DNA from: Gammaproteobacteria bacterium
Lineage (GTDB): Bacteria > Pseudomonadota > Gammaproteobacteria > UBA4575
Reading direction: 5' to 3'
Assembly (NCBI GenBank): GCA_965207475.1
Contig: OZ242278.1
Coordinates: forward strand, 264,320 to 328,319
DNA length: 64,000 nt
Shown: positions 9,034 to 19,262 of the stretch, one piece after another
How the letters are laid out: each line of letters opens with the position of its first letter
How positions within the stretch are numbered: the stretch's first letter is position 1
Position numbers and translations under genes: made by a program
Notes under the pieces: generated by a model
Seen by the model: the letters and a program-made list of their open reading frames with translations, nothing else
Database searches by the model: none
What the model was told of the DNA's origin: nothing

Positions 9034-9699
9034 ATGCTGTTAACAATTGTCCGCCATACATTTTTGTTATGTGTGCTCAGTCTGCTGACTTTCCATACCG
9101 TATCAGCATCCGACCTTGCAAGCCCGGCTATGCTATCTGACACATGTCTTGGCTGCCATGGTCCAGCAGGTATCAGCGAGGGGCCAGCGACCCCGACCAT
9201 TTCGGGAATGTCAGAAATTTACATAATTGGCGCAATGTTGGCCTACAAGTACGATAACGACGAGGATAAGGTTGAGGAAGTGATTGAATCGGATCCTGAC
9301 TTCGAGGACGTCGAATTCTTTGCCCGAACGTCCACTGTCATGGACCGAATTGCCAAAGGTTATTCCGAAGCAGAAATCAAGGCTATCGCAAAGTACTTTG
9401 CAGCATTGCCTTTTAAGGCCAGTGTGCAGGAGGTCAACCCTGAACTGGCCAAGGCCGGTGCAGAAATCCACGAACATCACTGTGAAAAATGCCACGAGGA
9501 TGGCGGAAGGTCTGCGGATGATGATGCAGGAGTACTGGCGGGACAGTGGATTCCTTACCTTGAATATACAATGGCTGATTTTCAAAGCGGCGATCGGGCC
9601 ATGCCTAAAAAAATGAGGAAGCAGATGGAAGAAGCCCATGACGTGCATGGAGAGGAATCAATTGCCAAACTCATCCAGTTTTATGCAGATCAGGAATAA
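9034..9699 (+). CDS. fccA: Flavocytochrome c sulfide dehydrogenase, dihaem cytochrome subunit
   Basis: I started it at ATG 9034 (AGGAGG at 9022-9027) rather than ORF start 8968. It has a signal peptide and two CxxCH motifs (CLGCH, CEKCH), and is immediately followed by the flavoprotein subunit with a slight overlap. Confidence 0.75.
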   Translation: MLLTIVRHTFLLCVLSLLTFHTVSASDLASPAMLSDTCLGCHGPAGISEGPATPTISGMSEIYIIGAMLAYKYDNDEDKVEEVIESDPDFEDVEFFARTSTVMDRIAKGYSEAEIKAIAKYFAALPFKASVQEVNPELAKAGAEIHEHHCEKCHEDGGRSADDDAGVLAGQWIPYLEYTMADFQSGDRAMPKKMRKQMEEAHDVHGEESIAKLIQFYADQE

Positions 9700-9730
9700 A
9701 GCGCCAGTCAGGATTGCAGGAGGAACTAAC

Positions 9731-11014
9731 ATGCCAAATCTAAATAGAAGGAAATTTTTACAGAGTACAGGTAGCGCATTTGCACTGGGCTCCACCGTAC
9801 TCGGTTTTCCGCATATAGCGGGGGCTGCAAAAAAACGTGTCGTCGTAATTGGCGGTGGTGTAGGCGGATCGATCGCTGCCAAATATATTGCCAAAGGAGA
9901 TTCTTCCATAGAGGTAACCATTGTTGAAGCAAAACCCAGTCACCATACATGCTTCATGAGTAATGAGGTAATTGGAGGTGATCGAGATATTTCAACAATC
10001 GAGTTTGGCTACGACAAGTTTGCGAGCCACGGAATAAAAGTAGTTCAGGACAAGGCTACTGCGGTTGACCCCGTTGCCCACAAGGTTACCACTGCAGGTG
10101 GTGTAACGCTTGAGTATGACCGTCTGGTAATGTCACCGGGCATTGCGCTCCAGTGGGAAACGATTGAAGGCTACGATGAGGCTGCTGCTGAAATCATGCC
10201 CCATGCCTGGCTAGCAGGACAGCAGACTGCACTGCTGAGAAAACAGCTGGAATCGATGGATGACGGTGGACTGGTGGTCATTGCCCCTCCAGGCAATCCG
10301 TTCCGTTGCCCGCCGGGCCCTTATGAGCGCGCCGCACAGATTGCTCATCATCTCAAGCATCACAAACCGAAATCCAAGGTTTTGATACTTGATGCCAAAG
10401 ACAAGTTCTCCAAACAGGGATTGTTCATGCAGGGTTACAAGAAAGTCTACGGGGACATGATCGAGTGGGTTCCAGGGGCGGATACAGGTGGAGGCGTCAC
10501 CTCGGTAGATCCCAAGGCGATGAAAGTCAGCACTGATTTTGATGAACATAAAGTTGCTGTAGCCAATATCATCCCACCGCAAAAAGCGGCACAAATTGCC
10601 CATGATGCAGATCTGACGGATGATTCTGGCTGGTGCCCTGTAGACTTGGGGACATTCGAGTCCAAGCGGCACAAGGACATACACGTCATCGGCGATGCCG
10701 GGATCATTACGGGTATGCCCAAGTCCGGTTTTGCTGCGGGCACCGAGGCGAAAGTGGTTGCTTCAGCAGTCGTCAGCATGCTTCAGGAAAAGGAGTCCGG
10801 CGTTAATTCCTATGCCAATGCATGCTACAGCATCATCGCACCAGACTACGGAATTTCTGTGGTTGCTGTGTACAAGCTTGCCGCAGACCGTTCGAAAATC
10901 GAAAAGATGAGTGGCGGGCTTACTCCTGCTGATGCAACTCCGGAAGCGCTTAAACGTGAAGTGCAATATGCCTACAGCTGGTTCAAAAATATGACGGCTG
11001 AAATGTTTGGTTAA
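9731..11014 (+). CDS. fccB: Flavocytochrome c sulfide dehydrogenase, FAD-binding subunit
   Basis: Start ATG 9731 (AGGAGG RBS) gives a Tat signal [16 protein letters not shown]. It has a Rossmann dinucleotide-binding motif [16 protein letters not shown], and its length and pattern match the FccB/SoxF flavoprotein family. Confidence 0.85.
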   Translation: MPNLNRRKFLQSTGSAFALGSTVLGFPHIAGAAKKRVVVIGGGVGGSIAAKYIAKGDSSIEVTIVEAKPSHHTCFMSNEVIGGDRDISTIEFGYDKFASHGIKVVQDKATAVDPVAHKVTTAGGVTLEYDRLVMSPGIALQWETIEGYDEAAAEIMPHAWLAGQQTALLRKQLESMDDGGLVVIAPPGNPFRCPPGPYERAAQIAHHLKHHKPKSKVLILDAKDKFSKQGLFMQGYKKVYGDMIEWVPGADTGGGVTSVDPKAMKVSTDFDEHKVAVANIIPPQKAAQIAHDADLTDDSGWCPVDLGTFESKRHKDIHVIGDAGIITGMPKSGFAAGTEAKVVASAVVSMLQEKESGVNSYANACYSIIAPDYGISVVAVYKLAADRSKIEKMSGGLTPADATPEALKREVQYAYSWFKNMTAEMFG

Positions 11015-11029
11015 CCCGTCCGCAGCACA

Positions 11030-11059
11030 TGTTGAAACTAAAAAGGGGGCAGAAGCCCC
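11030..11059. terminator. Bidirectional Rho-independent terminator
   Basis: aaaaa-GGGGGC-agaa-GCCCCC-ttttttctt: a perfect 6-bp GC stem, a 4-nt loop, and an A-tract and T-tract on either side. It lies between convergent fccB (+) and the CxxCH protein gene (-). Confidence 0.7.
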
Positions 11060-11091
11060 CTTTTTTCTTGCACGATATTTGCCCGGCTACT

Positions 11092-11610
11092 TTATTCGAT
11101 AAGCGGCACCTTGTAGACAAGGGTCCCGATCGCCCCATCGTTGCCCTTGAAGTTTGCATGGCACATCACACACCTCTCGAGAACGACCGGGACGGCCGTG
11201 GCCTTACGCAGATAGCGCATGCCTTCAATGGTGACTACCTCTTCATGCGTAGACTCGCCACCTAGCAGCTTTTCTTTAGCCTGCTCTTCGAATTCATCTT
11301 TCGGTCGATTCATCTCAGGATGGATGAGAACATCCGTCAGGCCTACAAGGCGCACCTCGTGATAGCCGTTGTTACTCATGGTGTCAAACAACGCTTTCGC
11401 AGCGCTTGCCCCCGAAAACTTCGACGGATCAGTGACGTATTTGTCCGTGATCAGCACTATCGCTGTCTTGTACAGGGTGTCAAGCATCTCTACATGCTGG
11501 CGCGTTCTTGTGACTTCAGGATCTTCATCTGCCATGGAGGCTTCACTGAACAAAGCCAGCGGCATGCAGACAGGAACTAGCCAGGCAAGAAGGCTTTTTC
11601 GCTTTCTCAT
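11092..11610 (-). CDS. Periplasmic c-type haem (CxxCH) protein, DUF3365-like sensor-domain fold
   Basis: 172 aa with a signal peptide and a single C-terminal CVMCH motif. Its size and C-terminal haem position resemble DUF3365 (Tll0287-like) proteins. That domain assignment is from memory. Confidence 0.45.
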   Translation of the reverse strand: MRKRKSLLAWLVPVCMPLALFSEASMADEDPEVTRTRQHVEMLDTLYKTAIVLITDKYVTDPSKFSGASAAKALFDTMSNNGYHEVRLVGLTDVLIHPEMNRPKDEFEEQAKEKLLGGESTHEEVVTIEGMRYLRKATAVPVVLERCVMCHANFKGNDGAIGTLVYKVPLIE

Positions 11611-11755
11611 CGAACCCCCTTTTAGTGCACTTAAATAATATGTAGATAAAGTATAGGCTATAACATCTATTTTTTATAGATATTTGAAACTTGAGAACCC
11701 GGGAACAACGAAACCGAGAAACGATCTCTACACACAGAGACAAGGGAATTAAATT

Positions 11756-12190
11756 ATGAGAGTAACAAAATTTACGGACTATGCGCTCCGGGTTTTGATC
11801 TATATGGCCTGCAGACCACGAGGGGAGCTTATGACTGTTTCACAATTGGCCGAGGCATACTCCATTTCTGCACATCATGTTCGATCGATTGTGCATAAGC
11901 TGGGCAAGTCAGGATACATAAAAAGCGTCCAGGGCAAAGGCGGTGGAATCAGGCTGGCGTTAAGCCCCGATGAAATCATGCTTGGAGAAGTAATCAGAAA
12001 AACCGAGAAAGATCTGTTTATTGTCGAGTGTTTTGGACCGGATGGGCAGTGTCCAATTGTGCGGGCATGTAAACTCAAACATGTCCTCGGTGAAGCCTTG
12101 AATGCCTTCCTGGATACGCTGGACCAGTACAGCCTTGCAGATATTACCGACAACAAACACTCGATCATGCAGTTGATTGAGGCTGCTTGA
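11756..12190 (+). CDS. Rrf2-family transcriptional regulator (NsrR/IscR-like, Fe-S type)
   Basis: Has the N-terminal Rrf2 HTH (MRVTKFTDYALRVLIYMA...LAEAYSIS) and three clustered cysteines, ECFGPDGQCPIVRACK, matching the CX(5-6)CX5C cluster-ligand pattern. RBS AAGGGAA lies upstream. Confidence 0.8.
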   Translation: MRVTKFTDYALRVLIYMACRPRGELMTVSQLAEAYSISAHHVRSIVHKLGKSGYIKSVQGKGGGIRLALSPDEIMLGEVIRKTEKDLFIVECFGPDGQCPIVRACKLKHVLGEALNAFLDTLDQYSLADITDNKHSIMQLIEAA

Positions 12191-12296
12191 TGTCCCGGTC
12201 TCCAGTCATTGCACCTGGTTTAACGATTCCCGGGTTGGAATTTTGACTGAAGCGGACAACTCGTCAGCTTCAATGCTGAAGGACGACTTGTCCCGT

Positions 12297-12923
12297 CTAG
12301 ACAAACAGGCAGATATTCGCGTCCTTGGCAGCTGAAAGAAAGGAGGCTGCACCGACCCACTCTGATACTTCATCGATAAACTCGGCCTTGTCATACCCGA
12401 ATAAGTCCGCTGTCATCTCACAGCCAATAATTTTTACTTCAGCTTCGATGGATAAGGCACGCAACTCCTGGATACTTGCGACACCTTTCTCCTTGATAGT
12501 CCGCTCCATCATCAAGGTGGCAAATTTTTCAAATCCCGGGAGGTTACTGCTCAGTGCATTGGGTATATTCCATTCCACACTTTTGAACCAGTCGGGGCCA
12601 AACGGCATTTTCATTGGCATCGCAGGATTGCCCAGCGGCGAAACAGCAAGGTTCAAATCTTTCTTCAGAAGGTTCAGTCCGTAAAAAGTAAAGAAGCAGG
12701 ATACATCCCAGCCCAGAGCTGCAGCAGTCGACGCAAGAATAAAGGGAGGGTACGCCATGTCCAATGTGCCCTTGGTGGCAATCAGTGACAACTGGGGGGT
12801 CCTGGCTTCTGCACGCTCGCGCAGCCTTTGCTCCAGCCTTTCGTCGAACCAATTGTTCAGTGCTTCCTGGTCAAGCTGTGACGGGACCTGGGATTCGGAT
12901 TCGGGTGTACTTTCTTGCTGCAT
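12297..12923 (-). CDS. DsrE/DsrF-like family protein (sulfur-relay-like), with an N-terminal Q/E-rich extension
   Basis: The core LSLIATKGTLDMAYPPFILASTAAALGWDVSCFFTFYG is characteristic of the DsrE/DsrF-like (COG2210-type) family, with a candidate active cysteine in SCFF. Confidence 0.6.
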   Translation of the reverse strand: MQQESTPESESQVPSQLDQEALNNWFDERLEQRLRERAEARTPQLSLIATKGTLDMAYPPFILASTAAALGWDVSCFFTFYGLNLLKKDLNLAVSPLGNPAMPMKMPFGPDWFKSVEWNIPNALSSNLPGFEKFATLMMERTIKEKGVASIQELRALSIEAEVKIIGCEMTADLFGYDKAEFIDEVSEWVGAASFLSAAKDANICLFV

Positions 12924-13117
12924 TTAAACCTCCAACGGCACTAGAAATTGTCCCCATAGAGATGATTCAGTATAAGGCAGTTTTTCGACATATTACAGGA
13001 CACACCATGTTGAGCAGAATTACCAGCTACAGGTCCAGGTCTTTTCCGGATGCAAAGAAAGCTGACTCCAATGCTTGAATCACGCAACAAAGACTTTTAC
13101 TCGAAGACATCTAATAG

Positions 13118-13193
13118 TGGCGTCCCCAGGGGGATTCGAACCCCCGTTGCCGCCGTGAAAGGGCGATGTCCTAGGCCTCTAGACGATGGGGAC
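13118..13193 (-). tRNA. tRNA-Glu (anticodon UUC)
   Basis: The reverse complement reads GTCCCCATCGTCTAGAGGCCTAGGACATCGCCCTTTCACGGCGGCAACGGGGGTTCGAATCCCCCTGGGGACGCCA. That is 76 nt with a full cloverleaf, anticodon loop CUUUCAC, and an encoded CCA. Confidence 0.9.
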
Positions 13194-13710
13194 AGACGAA
13201 TGTTCCTGCATTAACCAGCTATACCTGCATCAGAAGCGGCGCAAGGTACGCTAACCCAGCTTTTGCGTCAAGTACTACGGCATCGGGCAGCACTTGATAT
13301 GGCTAGGCACTACTGAAAAGTAGCTCTAACCATCTGATATATTAGTATCAGTACACTACCAGATAATCCAGTTGCCCCCAATGTTGCCCCAGATACTGCG
13401 ATGGCCGGATCCAAATTCTTAAAGCGCTGTTATCTATAGTTATTTTTAATTTTTACGGATGTTGTCAAAAGTAAATCTGTTCCTTAGACAGTGCCAAGCC
13501 GAGACATGGTTAGGGAAAATAGACTTGCAGATCTGTCCATCTACCCAGGAACCCCTCTCCTCAAGGAATCTCTGTTTTTATTCCGATAGTGCCACGACTG
13601 CGGTTGTACCTATAAGAAACACAGGTGCGTCGCCAAGCGCAGATCACGAAGGGACACCTGATCGTGAAATGTATAATACGCTGGCACTTTGATGCATAAA
13701 GGAGTTCCGT

Positions 13711-14670
13711 ATGCCTATCCGTGATTACCAGTCGCTCATGCTTCCAGTCCTCAAGGCACTCGCCGACGGGCTCGAAGCCCCGCTGTCCAAAATACGAGCC
13801 CATGTTGCTGTTTCGGAAAAGCTGACTGAGCAAGAACTCTCCCAACGGGTGCCAAGTGGGCAGCAGACGGTCTTGAACAATCGCGTCAGTTGGGCGCTGC
13901 ATCGCTTGGAAAAGGCGGAACTGGTCGGGCGGTCGCGCCGCGGAGTATATCAACTGACAACTGAGGGGGACCGGTTGCTGAAGGAGGAACCGGAGAAAGT
14001 AAATAACGTTTTTCTTCGTACTCATTATTCAGCGTATGCAGAGTGGTTGCGTTTGTATGAACAGCGGTATAGGCAGCGACAGAAACGTGAGGGCACATCG
14101 CAGACTGCGCCAGCACAGCTTCGAGTGCCTGATTCCGAAGAGACGCCCGAGGAGCAACTGGGACGTGCCGCTCGGGAACTGCGCATTGCGCTGGAGTCTG
14201 AAATACTGAGTCTTGTCCGCAGTGCCCCTCCCGAATTCCTTGAGCACGTAATCGTCGATCTGCTGGTGTCGATGGGCTATGGTGGCGGTGATGCGGCCAA
14301 GAGCCGTGTGACAGGACGTTCGGGAGATGGCGGTATCGACGGCACAATCCGGGAAGACGCACTCGGTCTGGACGAGGTCTATGTTCAGGCCAAGAAATAC
14401 GCCGAAGGCAGCAACGTTGGCGAAGGTGACTTGCGCAACTTTGCAGGTGCCATTGACGCAGCAGGCACATCCAAGGGCGTATTCGTTACCACAGCTGGAT
14501 TCACGCGATCTGCGCGAGATTACATCGCACGCAGTCCAAAGCGAATCATTCTAATTGATGGCGAAGAATTGGCCCGACTTATGGTCCAGCACGATGTAGG
14601 CGTGCGGACACGCGACCGCTACGAGATCAAGCGGGTTGACGAAGACTATTTTGATCAGGAAGAGCTGTAG
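13711..14670 (+). CDS. mrr: Mrr-family type IV restriction endonuclease (Mrr_N winged-helix + Mrr_cat)
   Basis: Has an N-terminal Mrr_N-like domain and a C-terminal catalytic core (...GDGGIDGTIREDALGLDEVYVQAKKY...) with the PD-(D/E)XK-type D...(E/Q)xK arrangement typical of Mrr_cat. GGAG RBS lies upstream. Confidence 0.7.
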   Translation: MPIRDYQSLMLPVLKALADGLEAPLSKIRAHVAVSEKLTEQELSQRVPSGQQTVLNNRVSWALHRLEKAELVGRSRRGVYQLTTEGDRLLKEEPEKVNNVFLRTHYSAYAEWLRLYEQRYRQRQKREGTSQTAPAQLRVPDSEETPEEQLGRAARELRIALESEILSLVRSAPPEFLEHVIVDLLVSMGYGGGDAAKSRVTGRSGDGGIDGTIREDALGLDEVYVQAKKYAEGSNVGEGDLRNFAGAIDAAGTSKGVFVTTAGFTRSARDYIARSPKRIILIDGEELARLMVQHDVGVRTRDRYEIKRVDEDYFDQEEL

Positions 14671-14673
14671 TTC

Positions 14674-17478
14674 ATGCGCCTTTCGTGGAACGAGGTTCGA
14701 GTTCGTGCTGCAACTTTTGCCAAGGAGTGGCAGGATGCATTTTATGAGAAAGGCGAAGCACAAAGTTTCTACAACGATTTTTTTGAGATCTTTGGAGTTC
14801 GGCGACGAAGCGTTGCCCGCTACGAAGAGCATGTAAAGAAACTGGACGACACTTCCGGCTTCATTGACCTGTTCTGGCCGGGGGTTCTCATTGTCGAGCA
14901 GAAGAGTGCAGGACGTGACCTCACCAAGGCAGGCGACCAAGCTAGAGAATACTTTGATGCCCTGAAAGAAAGTGATCGGCCACAGTATATCTTGGTAAGC
15001 GACTTCCAGACCTTCGAACTCCATGATCTCGATGAGCGAAAGCAAGTAAATTTCAAACTCGCAGAGCTGCCCGCGCATGTCGAGTCGTTTGGCTTCATCC
15101 TCGGCGTACAGCGCCGCACCTTCCGCGATCAGGATCCGGCCAACATCAAGGCAGCGGAACTGGTCGGGCGGTTGCATGATGCCCTGGCCGCAACAGGCTA
15201 CCAAGGCCACTACCTGGAACGCTTTCTGGTGCGAATCGTCTTCTGCCTGTTTGCCGATGACACGGGCATTTTCGAGCCACGTGACATTTTCCTCGATTTC
15301 ATCCAGGCACGCACGAGCGAGGATGGGGCTGATCTCGGGCCGTGGCTGGCCCAATTGTTCCAGGTGATGGATACAACGGAAGATGCCCGCACGGCAACGC
15401 TGGATGAAGACCTTGCGCGGTTTCCCTATGTCAACGGTGACTTGTTCCATGGGCGACTAGACATTCCATCTTTTGACTCAGCCATGCGCAAATTGCTGCT
15501 GGATGCTTGCCGCTTTGACTGGTCGAATATTTCACCTGCAATCTTTGGGGCGTTGTTCCAGTCAGTAATGAATCCGGAGGAACGCCGTGCCCAGGGTGCG
15601 CACTATACGACCGAGAAGAACATCCTCAAGGTGATTGAGCCACTGTTTATGGACGACCTGCGCACCGAGTTCAAACGGCTAAAGTCTCGCAAGGACAGTC
15701 GGCGCCAAGCTGAGCTTCAACGATTTCAGAAAAAACTCGGCAGTTTGACGTTTTTTGACCCGGCCTGTGGTTGTGGCAACTTCCTTATCATCGCCTATCG
15801 GGAATTGCGTGAACTTGAGATTGAGGTCCTGAAGGAAATTCACAAAAAGTTCCTAGTTCGCATGAGCCGTCTGAAGGGCGGTTCCAGCCTTCCCTCAGAT
15901 CAACTTTCCTGCATCGATGTTAATCAGTTCTATGGGATTGAGTTAGGTGAATTCCCATCCCGAATCGCAGAAACCTCGCTGTGGATGATGGACCACATCA
16001 TGAACAACCGGCTAAGCCTGGAGTTTGGTCAGTCCTATGCGCGTATCCCGCTTGCAAAGTCGCCGCATATTGTCCACGGCGATGCGCTTGAAACGGACTG
16101 GTCCGAGTTGTTACCGGCGAAGGATTGCTCCTTCGTCTTCGGCAATCCGCCATTCAAAGGTGCAAAGTTCCAGACAGCGAACCAGCGCGCGCAGGTACGT
16201 AGGATCGCGGCACTCGGCAGGAGTGGCGGCACGCTCGATTATGTCTGTGCATGGTTCATCAAGGCAGGTGAGTATGTACAGGACAGCGATGCCCGAATCG
16301 GCTTCGTCGCGACCAACTCGATCACAGCAGGCGAGCAAGTAGCTCAACTCTGGCCGATCCTATTCGAGCGCTGCAAGCTGGAGATCGCATTCGCGCATCG
16401 CACATTCGCATGGGGATCGGATGCGCGTGGTAAGGCCCATGTGCATGTGGTGATTCTCGGTCTCGATCGAAGGGAGGCAGTGCAACCTAAGAAGCGCCTG
16501 TTCAGCTATCCCGACATCAACGGTGAGCCAGAGGAGACCCGCCATGTGGCGCTTTCTCCGTATCTGTTCGATGCCAGCGGGCTATCGGACCCGCATCTGG
16601 TGGTGCGGGAGGAGAGCGCGCCGATCAACGGAATGGGAAGATTGATAATAGGCTCCAAGCCAATCGACGGCGGAAATTACATTTTCGACGAAGCGGAACG
16701 CACTGCGTTTCTTGAAGCAGGGCCCGAGGCTGAGCAGTGGCTTCGACCGTTCATTGGAGCACGTGAGTATTTGCACGGTGGCGAACGGTGGATTCTTGCG
16801 CTACATGACACGCCGCCCGACGTGTTGGGGCGGTTGCCGCATGTACGAGAACGTATTGCAGCTGTACGGACATATCGTGAGGAAAGTAAAAGCAAGCCGA
16901 CTCAGAAACTTGCAAAAACACCAACGCTCTATCATGTGAATATTATTCCTGATGCACCGTTTCTTGTTATCCCCGAAGTCAGTTCGGAACGTCGTGAGTA
17001 CGCGCCTATCGGGTGGCTGGAGCCACCCGTAATCCCAAGCAATCTAGTCCGCGTTTTGGAAAATGCGACCTTGTCAGATTTTGCGTTGCTGACCTCAGCC
17101 ATGCACATGGCGTGGCTACGTCATATCGGTGGACGGCTGGAGAGCCGCTACCGCTATTCCATCGGTCTCGTCTACAACACCTTTCCGCTGCCGCCCAAGA
17201 ACTTGGACCTGTCAAAGCTGGACCCACTAGCACAAGCCGTGCTTGATGCCCGTGCAACTCATCCGAATGCCACGCTTGCAGATCTCTATGATCCTGACTC
17301 GATGCCTCCTAATCTCCGTAAGGCACACTACGCACTTGACCGTGCGGTGGACCAGCTCTATCGACATAAGGGGTTTGCTTCCGAACGCGAACGGGTCGAG
17401 CACCTGTTCATGCTATATGAGAAAATACAAGCGCCGCTAAAACCTATAACTAGGAAAAGAAGACCCCGAAAGCGATGA
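14674..17478 (+). CDS. MmeI-family type IIL restriction-modification enzyme (N-terminal PD-(D/E)XK endonuclease fused to gamma-class N6-adenine DNA methyltransferase and TRD)
   Basis: 934 aa. The N-terminal FIDLFWPGVLIVEQK is a D...ExK nuclease motif. Methyltransferase motif I is FFDPACGCGNFLI and motif IV is GNPPF. The domain order and the length (MmeI is about 919 aa) fit the MmeI family. It starts 3 nt after the mrr stop. Confidence 0.6.
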   Translation: MRLSWNEVRVRAATFAKEWQDAFYEKGEAQSFYNDFFEIFGVRRRSVARYEEHVKKLDDTSGFIDLFWPGVLIVEQKSAGRDLTKAGDQAREYFDALKESDRPQYILVSDFQTFELHDLDERKQVNFKLAELPAHVESFGFILGVQRRTFRDQDPANIKAAELVGRLHDALAATGYQGHYLERFLVRIVFCLFADDTGIFEPRDIFLDFIQARTSEDGADLGPWLAQLFQVMDTTEDARTATLDEDLARFPYVNGDLFHGRLDIPSFDSAMRKLLLDACRFDWSNISPAIFGALFQSVMNPEERRAQGAHYTTEKNILKVIEPLFMDDLRTEFKRLKSRKDSRRQAELQRFQKKLGSLTFFDPACGCGNFLIIAYRELRELEIEVLKEIHKKFLVRMSRLKGGSSLPSDQLSCIDVNQFYGIELGEFPSRIAETSLWMMDHIMNNRLSLEFGQSYARIPLAKSPHIVHGDALETDWSELLPAKDCSFVFGNPPFKGAKFQTANQRAQVRRIAALGRSGGTLDYVCAWFIKAGEYVQDSDARIGFVATNSITAGEQVAQLWPILFERCKLEIAFAHRTFAWGSDARGKAHVHVVILGLDRREAVQPKKRLFSYPDINGEPEETRHVALSPYLFDASGLSDPHLVVREESAPINGMGRLIIGSKPIDGGNYIFDEAERTAFLEAGPEAEQWLRPFIGAREYLHGGERWILALHDTPPDVLGRLPHVRERIAAVRTYREESKSKPTQKLAKTPTLYHVNIIPDAPFLVIPEVSSERREYAPIGWLEPPVIPSNLVRVLENATLSDFALLTSAMHMAWLRHIGGRLESRYRYSIGLVYNTFPLPPKNLDLSKLDPLAQAVLDARATHPNATLADLYDPDSMPPNLRKAHYALDRAVDQLYRHKGFASERERVEHLFMLYEKIQAPLKPITRKRRPRKR

Positions 17479-18299
17479 ATGAGTTTCTGTTCACGTCAAT
17501 CGTCCAACGCCAAAGGTGCTCAACTGACAGAGTAGACCCACGTCCAAATCTGCACAATGCTGTTCATATGAAACACGCACCGCATGGTCTTGCACGAGCT
17601 GTGCCGGTAGGCGCTAGTGCGGGCGAACAGAGAGCTACCGCCATGTTTGTGCTCCTGTTGCTAATTCTCGCTATGACTACAGCAGCACAAGCGAGCAAAC
17701 GTCTGCAGACCGTGACGTGTGGTCTGCCACAGCAGGACAACTCAATTCCCGATCTCTTTCCTACGGGGCTACACCGACCCTTTGCCGGACGATTCACTTA
17801 GCGGGCACATGGAGGTGAAGACCTTTAACCGCCTCCATCCCGAGAGTGGTATCAGCACCGAAATGTGGATGCTCTCACGCAATGTTGGCTGGTGGAGGCT
17901 GAAAATGATCCGGGTGCACCCGGATGATTTGTCAAAGCTTTCTGCCAAATCATCGACTCTCCTTTCCTGTCACGATCCGTTGTCATACGTGGAGGGGACA
18001 CAGACGAGGAAGAGTTAGTGACCAGGCAGATCTTGGCCCTGCTGCCGGACGTCTCCCAACTGCGGTGCTTCCCGCAATCGGAAAGATAGAAAATCACTCG
18101 TGAAGGTCCATTGACGGTGCATCACAAGCGGTTGGAACTGCGTTGCCTATTACCCGCCATTGCCGCAACGACAAATCTGCTGAACTTTATCTCCACAGGT
18201 CTCGGTGTTGTACGGCAACAAGACCCATTTGCGAGCGAAGAATTTAGTAGAGCATTTGGGTTAGCTAATCTGAGAATACAGTGATTTGAGTCCTTTCCC

Positions 18300-18800
18300 C
18301 TAATAACCAAAATGATCTTGGTCTAAGGAAAATTCAAAACATGGCCCTTTGTAAACGGCACCTGTAGTGCTTATACACCTAGGATGAAGCCGTAACTTTC
18401 TAGATTTTTGAACAGTTGTTGACCTTGGCCGGTGAAGAGAATTCAACAGACTGGAAAGTTTCTCAGCAGGCACGTACCAAACCTTTACTTCACCAATTTC
18501 CAAAACCTCAGGAAGAGAAGGATGCGTACGCCCAAGTGGTGCTTCAGGAGCAACCGAGGCCCCATAATCACCACAGAACATAAGCCGAATATCAGCAATA
18601 GATACTGTACTTTCACCCTCATTTATAGCAGTAATTTTTACTGCTGGTTCTGTGAGCCCTAATTCTTTAGAAACAGGGCCTGGTTCAATCATGGTCTCAA
18701 TACGAACTGTTTTCCGTGCAACACGCTTCCGTATCTTGCTGAGAAATGCAGAAAGTCTCAGAACTAAGTCTATATTGCTGAGTGTCTCTAGAAATCCCAT
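18300..18800 (-). CDS. Hypothetical protein (166 aa) in a low-GC pocket of the island
   Basis: It is the only sizeable ORF in 17.5-20.0 kb. Its GC (about 42%) is well below the surrounding island (about 55-62%), and I see no recognisable motif. The coding call is uncertain. Confidence 0.35.
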   Translation of the reverse strand: MGFLETLSNIDLVLRLSAFLSKIRKRVARKTVRIETMIEPGPVSKELGLTEPAVKITAINEGESTVSIADIRLMFCGDYGASVAPEAPLGRTHPSLPEVLEIGEVKVWYVPAEKLSSLLNSLHRPRSTTVQKSRKLRLHPRCISTTGAVYKGPCFEFSLDQDHFGY

Positions 18801-19204
18801 TCTTTGTGAGTATTCCCTTTCGCAATTAAATTAAGTGGTTCAGCTGCGTCACTACAAATTGTATTACAAACGATCACCTTGCGTTTAGGGGTTTTTTGGT
18901 TTTGACCACCCTATTCCACAAGTTGTAAGACCTTTATTTTTCAGTCTGTGGCCATCAAATTTGAAATCAATTAATCGAACGCTTTAGGTTACTGCTGTCA
19001 CAGATGTAGCTGGCCCAGTTACTCGAGCGCACTACCAACCGTTTGCACTACAGCCGGAGTTATCCGAGTGATATGCGGAAGCAGGCATTGCAAGCCTACT
19101 ACCGCAAGATCGGTTGGCTCATTATGGTAATGCGATCTCAGAGAAGTTTGTCAGCAACTGCATGCTAGGAGCAACTACGAGACGAGCTGGATTCTTATAC
19201 ACCC

Positions 19205-19262
19205 GGCCGTGTCACTACCCGGTGAAGCGAAGCAAAACGCGGTAGTGACGCGGCCGCTTTTG
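19205..19262 (+). terminator. Long perfect-stem hairpin followed by a T-run (terminator-like or RNA structural element)
   Basis: cggccgtgtcactacc (19205-19220) pairs with ggtagtgacgcggccg (19241-19256) as a 16-bp stem with one mismatch, around a 20-nt loop, followed by ctttt. No protein-coding gene lies immediately upstream on this strand. Confidence 0.35.

Noticed and set aside
14551-15450. 299-aa ORF on the minus strand inside the MmeI-like gene
   Set aside because: It is fully antisense to a gene with strong motif support and has no motif of its own. This is a typical shadow ORF in GC-rich coding DNA.
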